DNA of 64,000 bases from Bdellovibrionales bacterium (GCA_965199825.1 OZ241329.1:1664001-1728000), one strand, 5' to 3'. Counted from the first letter of the stretch, positions 8,955 to 18,025 are shown. Notes: generated by a model from the sequence alone, not told the origin. Numbers and translations are program-made.

Positions 8955-9896
8955 ATGGTCCAAGATGATAGCAAAAATGGTGATGGTTCAGATATTTCTG
9001 ACAAAACCAGTATTCTTCCAAGTGATACTTTTAAACTTCGATTGGCTCAGGCAGGACAAGCCCCACCGAGTGTGGTGATGCTCGTTGGTCCAGCAAGCAG
9101 TGTCGGCAGGCAGTGGCCGCTAGAAAACACCGATTTAATTTTAGGCCGGGCAGCCTCTTGCTACATTTGTGTTGATGATCGCAGCATGAGTAAGTCCCAT
9201 GCCAAAGTGTTGGTGGCGGGTGGCGATGTGTCGATCATGGATCTTGAAAGCACAAACAAAACCATTGTGAACGGCAGGCCCGTAAAGGCCCTGACTCCTG
9301 TAAAACTCAAAAACAATGATCAGATCAAATGCGGCAATGTGATCTTCAAATTTTTAGAGCGCGGCAATATCGAAACCGTCTCGACCGCTCAAGCTTTTGA
9401 TCGGGCTTTGACCGATGCACTTACAGGATTGGCCAATCGAGGGGCCCTCAATGCCAAAGGCCCAGAAAGTTTTAATCGCTCATCTTTATTAGGCCTTGCC
9501 CTTAATTTTATTATTTTTGATATCGATCATTTTAAAAAGGTTAACGACACTTACGGTCACCCTGCGGGCGATTATGTTCTTAAAGAAATTTCTTCGGTGA
9601 TTCGAGCCCGATTGATTCGCGAAAATGATTTTGTTGCTCGCGCGGGAGGCGAAGAATTTTGTCTTGTTCTCCTAGGTGCACCTTTAAATACTACGGTCGA
9701 AGTTGCCGAGCGATTACGCCACACTGTTGAGACCCATAGTTTTATTTTCGAGGGTAACACCATTCCGATCACAATCAGTTGTGGCGTGGCCTCACGCCAA
9801 GAGTCTGATACGGGCTGGGAGATGATTTATAAGCGCGCCGATGAGGCGCTTTATTTATCTAAAAATGGTGGGCGCAATAAGGTGACAGTAAAATAA
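8955..9896 (+). CDS. dgcB: FHA-GGDEF diguanylate cyclase, DgcB-like
   Basis: N-tail DKTSIL, FHA (LGR, SKSH, STN), DALTGLANR, GHPAGD, REND I-site, GGEEF; follows pgi as in Bdellovibrio. Confidence 0.85.
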   Translation: MVQDDSKNGDGSDISDKTSILPSDTFKLRLAQAGQAPPSVVMLVGPASSVGRQWPLENTDLILGRAASCYICVDDRSMSKSHAKVLVAGGDVSIMDLESTNKTIVNGRPVKALTPVKLKNNDQIKCGNVIFKFLERGNIETVSTAQAFDRALTDALTGLANRGALNAKGPESFNRSSLLGLALNFIIFDIDHFKKVNDTYGHPAGDYVLKEISSVIRARLIRENDFVARAGGEEFCLVLLGAPLNTTVEVAERLRHTVETHSFIFEGNTIPITISCGVASRQESDTGWEMIYKRADEALYLSKNGGRNKVTVK

Positions 9897-9902
9897 ATTA
9901 AA

Positions 9903-10415
9903 TTAAATACTGCGCGCTTGGGTCAGCGCCTTTTGAAATTCCTCTGAATCTGGTTTTACACCTGATCGAAACCGCGCCACGATTTTTCCTTTGGGTGAGA
10001 GAATGAACTTTTCAAAGTTCCATTTGATTTCGGAATTGTCGTTTGAAGCTTCGATCAAACTTTTAAAGACCGGATTTTTTTCTGAACCGGTCACCACCGA
10101 TTTTTCAAACAATGGAAAGCTCACGCCATAATTCAATTTGCAAAACGAGGCGATCTCTTTATTTGACCCGGGCTCTTGACCGCCAAAATCATTACTCGGA
10201 AAACCAAGCACCACAACGTCTTCAGATTTATGCGCTTCATAGAGCGCTTCGAGTCCCTCATATTGGGGAGTGTACCCACATTTAGAAGCAGTGTTGACGA
10301 CCACAATCGTTTTCCCTTTATATTGTTTAAGGGCGACCTCGGTTCCATCAATTCGGTGGGTTGTTAAATCATAAAAACTTAAGGTCATTGCAAGAGCTCC
10401 TAATATAAAATTCAT
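9903..10415 (-). CDS. Glutathione peroxidase family protein (Cys type)
   Basis: VVNTASKCGYTPQY, LGFPSNDF, WNFEKF; active-site codon is TGT, not TGA. Confidence 0.93.
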   Translation of the reverse strand: MNFILGALAMTLSFYDLTTHRIDGTEVALKQYKGKTIVVVNTASKCGYTPQYEGLEALYEAHKSEDVVVLGFPSNDFGGQEPGSNKEIASFCKLNYGVSFPLFEKSVVTGSEKNPVFKSLIEASNDNSEIKWNFEKFILSPKGKIVARFRSGVKPDSEEFQKALTQARSI

Positions 10416-11467
10416 TGAACATATCCTTTCAAATCGGCGGTCGCATGAGCTGAATTTTTGAGGGTTTTTAAATATTCAAAAGCAGCTTTAAAGCTCCCTT
10501 TCTTTTTATAAAGCTTTTCAAAATCCGACAAGTCCTGATCATAGGTGGTGTAGTTCAACAATACCGCATTATTGAGTTTTAGTTTTTCAAAATATAAAAA
10601 TGCATTTGTTTTGAGCTTGGGTTTAATCGACCTTTTAAATTGTTCCATCATCGCATTTAATCGATCTTCTTTTTGTTTCAAAGATTGGTGAGTTTTATAA
10701 AACTCATTGAGATCAACGATCTGATTTGAGATCCAGTCCGAAAAAATCAAATGGTCCGCATTTTCAAGTGCAACCTGGCCTGCGAGTTCGTTTTCACCTC
10801 GTGAAGAATAAAAAAGTTCTGTCCCCTTTGTTCCTAAAAAGTTTGCCATGCGTTCGTTAAATTCGGCTTGGCCCGAGATAAACAAAGTCGCATGCACAGA
10901 CTCGTGAATAATAGTTTCGATCAAATCAGCATCTTGATATTTGAGCATCGAACTTAAAATTGGATCATGAAACCATCCAAGAGTGCTAAATGCCGAGGCT
11001 CCACGTACGGCGCGATCGTATTTTGATTTATCAAATTTTTCGGCTTCAAGGTGAGCGCTCTCTTCGTCAAAAAATCCCTTATATGGAAGACTCCCCACAA
11101 TCGGAAACCACCATGTATAAGGAGTAACATCATAAAGGGGTGCGACCTGTACAATCCATGTCACATAGGGACGATGCAATTCGACAAAAGTTTGATAATT
11201 TTTGTGAGGAGCAAGACTTAAATTTTCGACACCAAACTTTAAAGCCTCCTGACTGAGTCGAAGTTTACGTTTGATTTCTGAATCCACCGTAGGATCGGCC
11301 AAAACTTTTTCAACCGGTACACGTGAATTTAAAAGTTTGAGCTGTTCATAAGAATTGTGAATCAAGTAAGAGACGCTACAGCCATTTAAGCCTAGAGCAA
11401 AAATGATAAACCCGCACGACCGGCGTAATCGACCAAGATTGGCTGCGACTGAAGGGGAGATGTCCAT
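10412..11467 (-). CDS. Putative zinc aminopeptidase lipoprotein
   Basis: WWFPIVGSLPYKGFF, AFSTLGWF.DP, HESVH (HExxH), FNE; lipobox LNGC. Confidence 0.85.
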   Translation of the reverse strand: MDISPSVAANLGRLRRSCGFIIFALGLNGCSVSYLIHNSYEQLKLLNSRVPVEKVLADPTVDSEIKRKLRLSQEALKFGVENLSLAPHKNYQTFVELHRPYVTWIVQVAPLYDVTPYTWWFPIVGSLPYKGFFDEESAHLEAEKFDKSKYDRAVRGASAFSTLGWFHDPILSSMLKYQDADLIETIIHESVHATLFISGQAEFNERMANFLGTKGTELFYSSRGENELAGQVALENADHLIFSDWISNQIVDLNEFYKTHQSLKQKEDRLNAMMEQFKRSIKPKLKTNAFLYFEKLKLNNAVLLNYTTYDQDLSDFEKLYKKKGSFKAAFEYLKTLKNSAHATADLKGYVQ

Positions 11468-11925
11468 GCATCGATTCCGATCTTAAATGAAAAAGATTTG
11501 GTCAAATTCAATTTAACACCGAGGCCCGCGCTCGGCACAAATCCTTTTACCATCGGGATCTGTTCTGCTGATGCTACGTCGGTGTTTTGCTCAAATTGTT
11601 TTTTAATATAAGCAGCGCCAAATTTGACAAAGGGTTGAATCATTCCTTCTTGCACACTGAGAACATAATCAAGACCAATCATTTCAAAATTGGAGGTGAT
11701 GCGGGTTTTTGCTGTTGCGATGGGTTGAATTAAGATCACGCCGCTTCCATTGGTGTAACTCAGTTCCACTGCAGAATTTTGTGAAAAATAATAACTGACG
11801 GATCCTGTTACTGAGGATGAGACCTGATAGTTTTCCGAATTGACCGAAGACTTTCGGTAACTCACCGCCGAGCCCACCTCAACCATTGCCGATGCCGAGA
11901 ATATTGAAACAAAAAAGAGCCACAT
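11392..11925 (-). CDS. Small outer-membrane beta-barrel protein
   Basis: Signal peptide, alternating aromatic/Gly strands (QPFVKFGAAY, AGLGVKL, YAGRAGLSF); start 11925 with RBS AGAGG. Confidence 0.75.
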   Translation of the reverse strand: MWLFFVSIFSASAMVEVGSAVSYRKSSVNSENYQVSSSVTGSVSYYFSQNSAVELSYTNGSGVILIQPIATAKTRITSNFEMIGLDYVLSVQEGMIQPFVKFGAAYIKKQFEQNTDVASAEQIPMVKGFVPSAGLGVKLNLTKSFSFKIGIDAWTSPLQSQPILVDYAGRAGLSFLL

Positions 11926-11938
11926 TTTAAAAAACCTC

Positions 11939-12769
11939 TTAATGCGCGAGCACTTCAAATTGATACAGCAAATGAATTTTACCATCTTCTTTTACCATCT
12001 CGCGCGGCGGATTTAAAAATGGTGCAGCCTCTTTAAATGCATTGGTGACCGCTTGGTCTAAATTGGTGTCGCCCGAGGGGTGATGCATCACTGCTCTTTG
12101 AAATTCACCAGCTGGACTTAAAATGATTTCAACTCCAGTGATATTGGGTGAAAGGGCTAATTGCTTTTGCATTGCTGGAGGCAACATCGAAAAATAATCA
12201 CGAAGATGCCCAATCCACCGATTCACAATTCCTTCGTTCACCCGCGAATAAAAAGAATAAAAAGTGAGTTGATCGGTATTGAGCGCTGTAAAGCTTCCTT
12301 GCTTGACCCCTGGAATTGTAATTCCAGATGACGATGCTCCCACCGCCATAAATCGGCCCAAGCCCTCAGCACCCAAAGCGGGTGAAGTTCTCCGAGACAT
12401 TTGGCCTTCGCCCGATTGAGATTGAAACGGATTAAATTGTTGAACCGATGATCCCCCTTTTGAATTCGAATTTCCACGTCCTGCATTTTGGGTGATGCCG
12501 CTCAGTTTTTTTGCGGTCAATTGTTGACGAACCCGGCGGTCGAGTTGTGAGAGAATCTTTGCTTGTTCACGCAATTTTTTTTCGAGTAGCTTGTCAGGCA
12601 GCTCAAGGCTTTTTGTGGGGTGTATCGTTTTGCTACGGTCGTCATCAAGCATCGTGATTTGGGTCGGTTGCTCTGGCATCTGAAATGATGGGGCCTTCAT
12701 GAGGAACCAGGCTAAAAGTCCATGCAAGATAAGGCTTAGAATAAGTGTTTGAAACTCTTTATTTTCCAT
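11939..12769 (-). CDS. TonB/TolA-like energy transducer (TonB C-terminal domain)
   Basis: TM anchor SLILH (SxxxH), low-complexity linker, C-terminal SGDTNLDQAV..AF..AAPF.NPP. Confidence 0.8.
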   Translation of the reverse strand: MENKEFQTLILSLILHGLLAWFLMKAPSFQMPEQPTQITMLDDDRSKTIHPTKSLELPDKLLEKKLREQAKILSQLDRRVRQQLTAKKLSGITQNAGRGNSNSKGGSSVQQFNPFQSQSGEGQMSRRTSPALGAEGLGRFMAVGASSSGITIPGVKQGSFTALNTDQLTFYSFYSRVNEGIVNRWIGHLRDYFSMLPPAMQKQLALSPNITGVEIILSPAGEFQRAVMHHPSGDTNLDQAVTNAFKEAAPFLNPPREMVKEDGKIHLLYQFEVLAH

Positions 12770-12814
12770 CGCCCTTGAGCACCCTCTTTTTTAAAAGATA
12801 GCAAAGCCAACGCC

Positions 12815-12842
12815 TAAAGTTGAGACATTTATAAGCCGATAG
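12815..12842 (+). promoter_or_regulatory. Putative sigma-28 (FliA) promoter of the PilZ gene
   Basis: TAAAG-N15-GCCGATAG. Confidence 0.65.
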
Positions 12843-12866
12843 GTAAGAGGTCACAGGGGGAAAATA

Positions 12867-13388
12867 ATGAGTATTAAGAGTAATGTCATAGATATGACCG
12901 CGCGCCGGTCGACAAAGATTGCAAATAAAAATCTTCAAACTATTGATGCTCCAATCGTTGATATGACTGAACGTCGAAACGAAATCCTCAATCAAGAGCG
13001 TCGCAATGTGAAACGAACCATTCTTTCCGAATTTATTGGCGCCTGCGCGGTAATTCCAAATCAAGGTCTTATCAAATTGATGATCTATGATATTTCAGAA
13101 ACAGGAATCGCCTTCGACACCACACAAGAAACAGGACAATTTAAAGTGGGCGAAGAAGTTGCGATGCGAGTTTATCTCAACAACCAAACTTATTTTCCAT
13201 TTACTGTTAAAATTGCGAATGCACGCTCACTTGCTGATGAAGGAACATTTCGTCACGGCGGAAATTTTGTAACTGGAACGATGAACGAATTAGCTCTGAC
13301 CCATTTTGTAAAATTCATTGAAACCGTAAGTGCAAGTCTACAGCGCGATTCCGGTGATGTGATGGTCTCAGGACTTGGTTCCCGATAA
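12867..13388 (+). CDS. PilZ-domain protein (c-di-GMP receptor candidate)
   Basis: RxxxR (RNVKR) and DxSxxG (DISETG). Confidence 0.85.
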   Translation: MSIKSNVIDMTARRSTKIANKNLQTIDAPIVDMTERRNEILNQERRNVKRTILSEFIGACAVIPNQGLIKLMIYDISETGIAFDTTQETGQFKVGEEVAMRVYLNNQTYFPFTVKIANARSLADEGTFRHGGNFVTGTMNELALTHFVKFIETVSASLQRDSGDVMVSGLGSR

Positions 13389-13467
13389 GCGTCATAATTT
13401 TTTTAAATGTACAGTGATTAAAAGTTGGGTTCGAATACTCCTATAACAAGAGGAGAACTCCCCAACT

Positions 13468-14796
13468 ATGGCACTGACCACTCGTCACGATCGAAAAATT
13501 GTTGTTGATACAAACGTAATTTTATTCGACGCCAATGCGATTTTTAAATTTCGTAATTCCGATGTGTTTGTGCCCTTTTCTGTGATCGAAGAGATTGATC
13601 GATTTAAAAGAGATCTTGGAGAAAATGGCCGTAACGCCAGACAGTTTAGCCGATTTATTGACGAGCTCCGCAGCCAAGGCTCTTTAGCCCAAGGTTTACA
13701 TCTCGAAAAAAGTCAGTCGCATTTTTATATCATCACCGATTCATCCTTTGATAATCTTCCCTCTGATCTTGATATCATCAAGGCAGACAATCGTATTTTG
13801 GCCACAGCTTATTGGCTCGGAAAAGAATATCCCACATCAAAAGTTGAGCTGATTACCAAAGATATTAATTTAAGAATCAAAGCGGATGTTTTTGGAATCG
13901 ACGCCAAAGATTACGATCCTGACAATACTGTTTTTGAAGACATGTATACGGGCCTTAAAGAAATTGATGTGGATCCCGATGTGATCGATCGTTTTTACCG
14001 CGAAAAAGGGGTGAGCCTCGGTAGCGATTTTAAATTGTTTGCGAATCAATATGTGATCATGAAGGATTCGACCAACGAAAATCATTCGGCTATTGGTCGA
14101 TTCTCACAACGTGATCAAAAAATAGTTCCACTCATTTCACCTTCGGAAAGTATCTGGGGAATTCATCCAAGAAATGTTGAGCAAAGTTTTGCACTCGATT
14201 GTTTATTAAATGATGAGTTGTTGTTTGTGACATTGGTCGGAAAAGCCGGCACCGGAAAAACTCTTTTGGCACTGGCCGCAGGTCTTTATAAAACTTTAGA
14301 CGAAGGGCAATTCAAGCGCCTACTTGTTTCACGCCCGATTTTTCCAATGGGTCGAGATATTGGTTACTTGCCTGGCGATGTCGAACAAAAGCTCAATCCA
14401 TGGATGCAGCCCATTTTTGATAACGTTGAATTTTTGATGGGAGCAGATAAAAAGGCAGCAGGACGCGCACAAGAGTTGATCAACCAAGGAATGTTGAACA
14501 TAGAACCACTTACTTATATTCGCGGTCGCAGCATTCCTAATCAGTTTTTGATTGTGGATGAATCGCAAAATTTAACGCCCCATGAAATAAAAACCATTGT
14601 GACACGGGCAGGCCAAGGCACCAAAGTGGTATTAACAGGGGATTGCTATCAGATTGATAATCCTTATGTTGATTCAGCAAACAGTGGGCTGACATATTCG
14701 GTTGAAAGATTCAAAGGACATCCCATTTCGGCGCATGTAACACTGACAAAAGGTGAACGGTCCGAACTTGCGGAGCTTGCTGCGAATATTCTTTAG
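13468..14796 (+). CDS. PIN-PhoH (PhoH2/YlaK-type) protein
   Basis: PIN VVDTNV...DNRIL...TKDINLR; GKAGTGKT, GYLPG, YIRGRS, DESQN, GDxxQID. Confidence 0.93.
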   Translation: MALTTRHDRKIVVDTNVILFDANAIFKFRNSDVFVPFSVIEEIDRFKRDLGENGRNARQFSRFIDELRSQGSLAQGLHLEKSQSHFYIITDSSFDNLPSDLDIIKADNRILATAYWLGKEYPTSKVELITKDINLRIKADVFGIDAKDYDPDNTVFEDMYTGLKEIDVDPDVIDRFYREKGVSLGSDFKLFANQYVIMKDSTNENHSAIGRFSQRDQKIVPLISPSESIWGIHPRNVEQSFALDCLLNDELLFVTLVGKAGTGKTLLALAAGLYKTLDEGQFKRLLVSRPIFPMGRDIGYLPGDVEQKLNPWMQPIFDNVEFLMGADKKAAGRAQELINQGMLNIEPLTYIRGRSIPNQFLIVDESQNLTPHEIKTIVTRAGQGTKVVLTGDCYQIDNPYVDSANSGLTYSVERFKGHPISAHVTLTKGERSELAELAANIL

Positions 14797-14800
14797 TTTA

Positions 14801-14816
14801 GGGCATATTTATTGCT
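14801..14816 (+). promoter_or_regulatory. Putative sigma-54 promoter upstream of the exported GTPase gene
   Basis: GGGCATATTTATTGCT with GG(14802-03)-N10-GC(14814-15). Confidence 0.5.
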
Positions 14817-14829
14817 AAATAGTTTGTAG

Positions 14830-16842
14830 ATGTCTTCAAACTATTCAGTTCAGGTACGATCTTCCGGTCGAATGCTGTTTTTAATTTTATGTTTTTTTTG
14901 TTTCAGCGCAAGAGCTACTGACTGCATAACTATATTGAGTTCAAGCCCTCACACAACAGCATTCCACGATGATCAAGATGCATTTACTGCTTTAGGTGAA
15001 TCCCTCCGCAATATTATTTCACCTGTGAACGATGGTAAACCCACCGTGATCAATATGATTGATCAGGAAATCCAAGCCACTAAAACTGCGTCGGACGAAG
15101 TTTTTATCACTTGGACTGGATCGGCCAATTCAGGCAAATCGACTTTGTTTAATATGATCGCACAAACTATTGGCGGCAGTCCCATCCGCGAGCTTTCAAA
15201 AGCCGGAGTCAGAGCGGGCCTAACCACGCGACTCACTGTCGGTGTGGGATCAAACGATCCTGGCCAAGCTTTCGAACGGGATCGTCGTGAGCGACTAGGT
15301 CCTTTACAACTTTGGCAAAATAACATGGATGCCACAACTCCTGGAAAAGGATTGATTGTTCAGCTTCCGAATTTACCAACAGGAATTGCGATCATCGATG
15401 CACCTGATATTAATTCTGGATCGCGTTTTTCGGCTGAGCCTACAAATCTTAATTCGGCTCTTCAGGTAATCTACACCTCCGATGTTCTCTTAATTATTGT
15501 TGATAAAAAAGATTATGCGAATCGCGACTTGCGTGTGGGTCTTAATACCATATTTAAAAAATATGGAGTGAAGCACACCATACTCATTTTTGAAGGCAAA
15601 GAGGCCAATGACTCTGCCGTAATCGCACAAATGCTCAAAGAGTTTGCCAACGAAATTTATCCAAAAAAGTATCACAATCCTAATGGTGGATATCCTGACC
15701 CGGTATTGGCAGCTTATCTTGTGCCTGATGATAACGATGTGGTCCTTGGCCGTGCTCATCCGCGATTGATTCCTGTGGGCGGAAGTCGTCTCTCGATAGA
15801 CGATGTCATTCATCGCATCAGTTATAATCGGAAACATATTCGTGCGTCGTCGTTGGCTTTTACCAAAGAAGCGATTGTTACTGCTGCTCACCAAGAACTT
15901 ACTCATGTGAAACAACAAAGACTTGCAGCCCAACTTTATTTGAAGGGTGTGATGGATGCCATCGATACCGCAGCCTCATCTAAACTTTTAGATTACCCAT
16001 ATGAAGAGGCCAAAAAATATATTCGCGATACATTTGTTGAGCAGCTCTCAGACAACCGACAACTGCTTGAGAAAGTGACCCAAGTTTTTTCGCCTGAGAT
16101 TGTTAAAAATTTATTTAAAGTTTTCTCTAAAGGAACCCCTCCTGAGTTTGTAAAAACCAATCATCTTGAACACGATTCCTTTGCGGTATCACAGCTCAAA
16201 CTTCAACTGGCTTCAATTCAAAATCACCAGCTTATAATTCAGAGCGAAAGCGACCGGGCCCTTTATAAAAAAACTTTTCCGGGCGAACAGATTGGCGATC
16301 GATACTCTTTACCCAGTAAAGAATTGCTCTCTCCAGAAATTCGTAAGTCATTTGACGATATGCTCAATGCCGATTCAGCAATTTGGAGCGCCGGAATAGG
16401 AAAAAAAATAACCGAGCGCCAAAGCATTCATAAAAATAGTGAAATCGAAAAGCTGCTCTCAAATTTGGCCCAAAAAAGAATGATGAAGATTACCGCTATG
16501 GGATTGCTTACCGTAGCCTCACCTCTCGCAGGTCTTGTAGGAATGAGCTTTGTTGGGGCAACCTCATTTACCGCCTGGCTTGCTGCGGCCATTGGTCCTC
16601 CAATTTTGCTCAAAAGAGTGCAAAGCCAGATGATTGATAACCATTTAAAAGAATCCCTAAATGTTTGGTTCAAACAACTCCAAATCGATGCCACGCGTGA
16701 ATACTTTTACGAAGCGTTAGCACCTCTTATGAGTCAATTGAGCGCGCAGTCGGCTCTTCATAGCCGAGATCTTGATAATGCTCAGCGAGCCATCCAGTTT
16801 TTGAGCCCCAAGGGCGAAAGTCCAATCCAAACCCTACGGTAA
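14830..16842 (+). CDS. Dynamin-like/P-loop GTPase-fold protein with N-terminal signal peptide and C-terminal hydrophobic hairpin
   Basis: GSANSGKST (G1), GLTT (G2), IDAPD (G3 variant), helical stalk, TM pair near aa 555-595; alternative start 14872. Confidence 0.65.
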   Translation: MSSNYSVQVRSSGRMLFLILCFFCFSARATDCITILSSSPHTTAFHDDQDAFTALGESLRNIISPVNDGKPTVINMIDQEIQATKTASDEVFITWTGSANSGKSTLFNMIAQTIGGSPIRELSKAGVRAGLTTRLTVGVGSNDPGQAFERDRRERLGPLQLWQNNMDATTPGKGLIVQLPNLPTGIAIIDAPDINSGSRFSAEPTNLNSALQVIYTSDVLLIIVDKKDYANRDLRVGLNTIFKKYGVKHTILIFEGKEANDSAVIAQMLKEFANEIYPKKYHNPNGGYPDPVLAAYLVPDDNDVVLGRAHPRLIPVGGSRLSIDDVIHRISYNRKHIRASSLAFTKEAIVTAAHQELTHVKQQRLAAQLYLKGVMDAIDTAASSKLLDYPYEEAKKYIRDTFVEQLSDNRQLLEKVTQVFSPEIVKNLFKVFSKGTPPEFVKTNHLEHDSFAVSQLKLQLASIQNHQLIIQSESDRALYKKTFPGEQIGDRYSLPSKELLSPEIRKSFDDMLNADSAIWSAGIGKKITERQSIHKNSEIEKLLSNLAQKRMMKITAMGLLTVASPLAGLVGMSFVGATSFTAWLAAAIGPPILLKRVQSQMIDNHLKESLNVWFKQLQIDATREYFYEALAPLMSQLSAQSALHSRDLDNAQRAIQFLSPKGESPIQTLR

Positions 16843-16891
16843 CTTGACACACCCTTAAGACCCTTTGGATGCTAGTAAAGGGGGATTTGGG

Positions 16892-17686
16892 GTGGTTGTT
16901 ATTTTTGTTTTGATGCAGATGTTCGCATTTGCTGACTGTGAACACATTTTGAATTCAAACATCTTGTGGTCTGCGCTCAACAAACCAAAAATGATTCCTC
17001 AAAAACCGGTAGGCTCTTTCACAAAAAAATACGCCCATCACGAATTTTTTGATCAAGATCAAATCCCGTGGACTTTCATCAAAGACGACCGTTACTTGGA
17101 TCTCAATACCGCATCGAGTGTGATCTCATCTCTTATTTATTCGCACTTTCAAATTTTAACTCCGATCACCACTCGCTACATGAATTATGCGGCGATTCGT
17201 TCTTTAGAAACCAATCTCCCTCTTGGTCGCCTTGATCATCTCGACACTCAGAAAGTTCGTGGGCTTATTTTTGTGGCGGCATTTTTACAAGATCTTAAGC
17301 GGCTTGAAAACGACCAAAGTAATCTTCTACTCAAACAAAATGAGTTTATAGCTTTAGATTTTAGCCAAACACTAGGTGCTGGCAAAAATGGTTTTCATAA
17401 AAAAGGTCGAATTATAAGTGGTGCGGTAGGGGGTTATCCGGCGTTTAAATCAATGGCTGAAGCTTTAAACCAAATAGATTGGACACTGCTTGATAAAAAT
17501 CATCCTTGGAAAAATCTGAACGAGGAGGATTATGATTTTGCTCTGCGCGGGTTTGACAGTTTAAGCGACCAAGATATCCAGGCTTACGTCGAGGCGGCCG
17601 AGTACTCAGAGCCCCTAGATGCTCAATATATGATCGAAAAACTGATTCATAATCGAGATATTTTTAAACGCGACCTTCGTCGATAG
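16892..17686 (+). CDS. Exported protein with atypical kinase-like (PI3K/HipA-like) fold, possibly a pseudokinase
   Basis: GTG start after AAGGGGG; signal ending AFA; TASSVISSLIY..P, AAFLQD...N-LLL, IALDFSQTLG. Confidence 0.5.
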   Translation: MVVIFVLMQMFAFADCEHILNSNILWSALNKPKMIPQKPVGSFTKKYAHHEFFDQDQIPWTFIKDDRYLDLNTASSVISSLIYSHFQILTPITTRYMNYAAIRSLETNLPLGRLDHLDTQKVRGLIFVAAFLQDLKRLENDQSNLLLKQNEFIALDFSQTLGAGKNGFHKKGRIISGAVGGYPAFKSMAEALNQIDWTLLDKNHPWKNLNEEDYDFALRGFDSLSDQDIQAYVEAAEYSEPLDAQYMIEKLIHNRDIFKRDLRR

Positions 17687-17690
17687 CTAT

Positions 17691-17718
17691 TCAAGTCCTT
17701 TCAGCAAATCTCCGAAAT
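17691..17718 (+). promoter_or_regulatory. Putative sigma-28-like promoter
   Basis: TCAAG-N15-TCCGAAAT, same spacing as the site at 12815. Confidence 0.45.
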
Positions 17719-17746
17719 AGAGATAGGTTTGCGAAAGGATTCATCA

Positions 17747-18025
17747 ATGTATCTTCAAGGTCAACTTCAGACAGTCTTCGATGCTCTTTATCATATGGGA
17801 GTGATCGACCCCGTTCTTCAAATGGATTGGACTCAAGTGGTTGAAGACCGCCAATTTCAATCCGAAATGTTTGAGCGCATTGTTTTGGTCGCAAATTGCT
17901 ATCAAAACGATATTGATCAACTTATGGTTGAGCTCGAAAAATTTGATCAAAAAGCTCTTGGATTTTTGGCAATGGAAGTGGCAAAAGAATTTGCCGATTT
18001 TCATGCGCGCAAGGATCTTCACTAA
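17747..18025 (+). CDS. Small helical hypothetical protein
   Basis: ATG 17747 with RBS AAAGGA; TAATG coupling to the next gene. Confidence 0.7.
   Translation: MYLQGQLQTVFDALYHMGVIDPVLQMDWTQVVEDRQFQSEMFERIVLVANCYQNDIDQLMVELEKFDQKALGFLAMEVAKEFADFHARKDLH

Noticed and set aside
9903..10415. Possible selenocysteine glutathione peroxidase
   Set aside because: The active-site codon is TGT (Cys) and there is no in-frame TGA
12795..12856. GCAAAGCC..CCTAAA..GGT resembling part of a GEMM-I (c-di-GMP/cGAMP) riboswitch upstream of the PilZ gene
   Set aside because: The GGCAAACC-GAAA-GGGAC hairpin is absent and pairing is poor; a sigma-28 promoter explains the sequence better. An Infernal scan would settle it.
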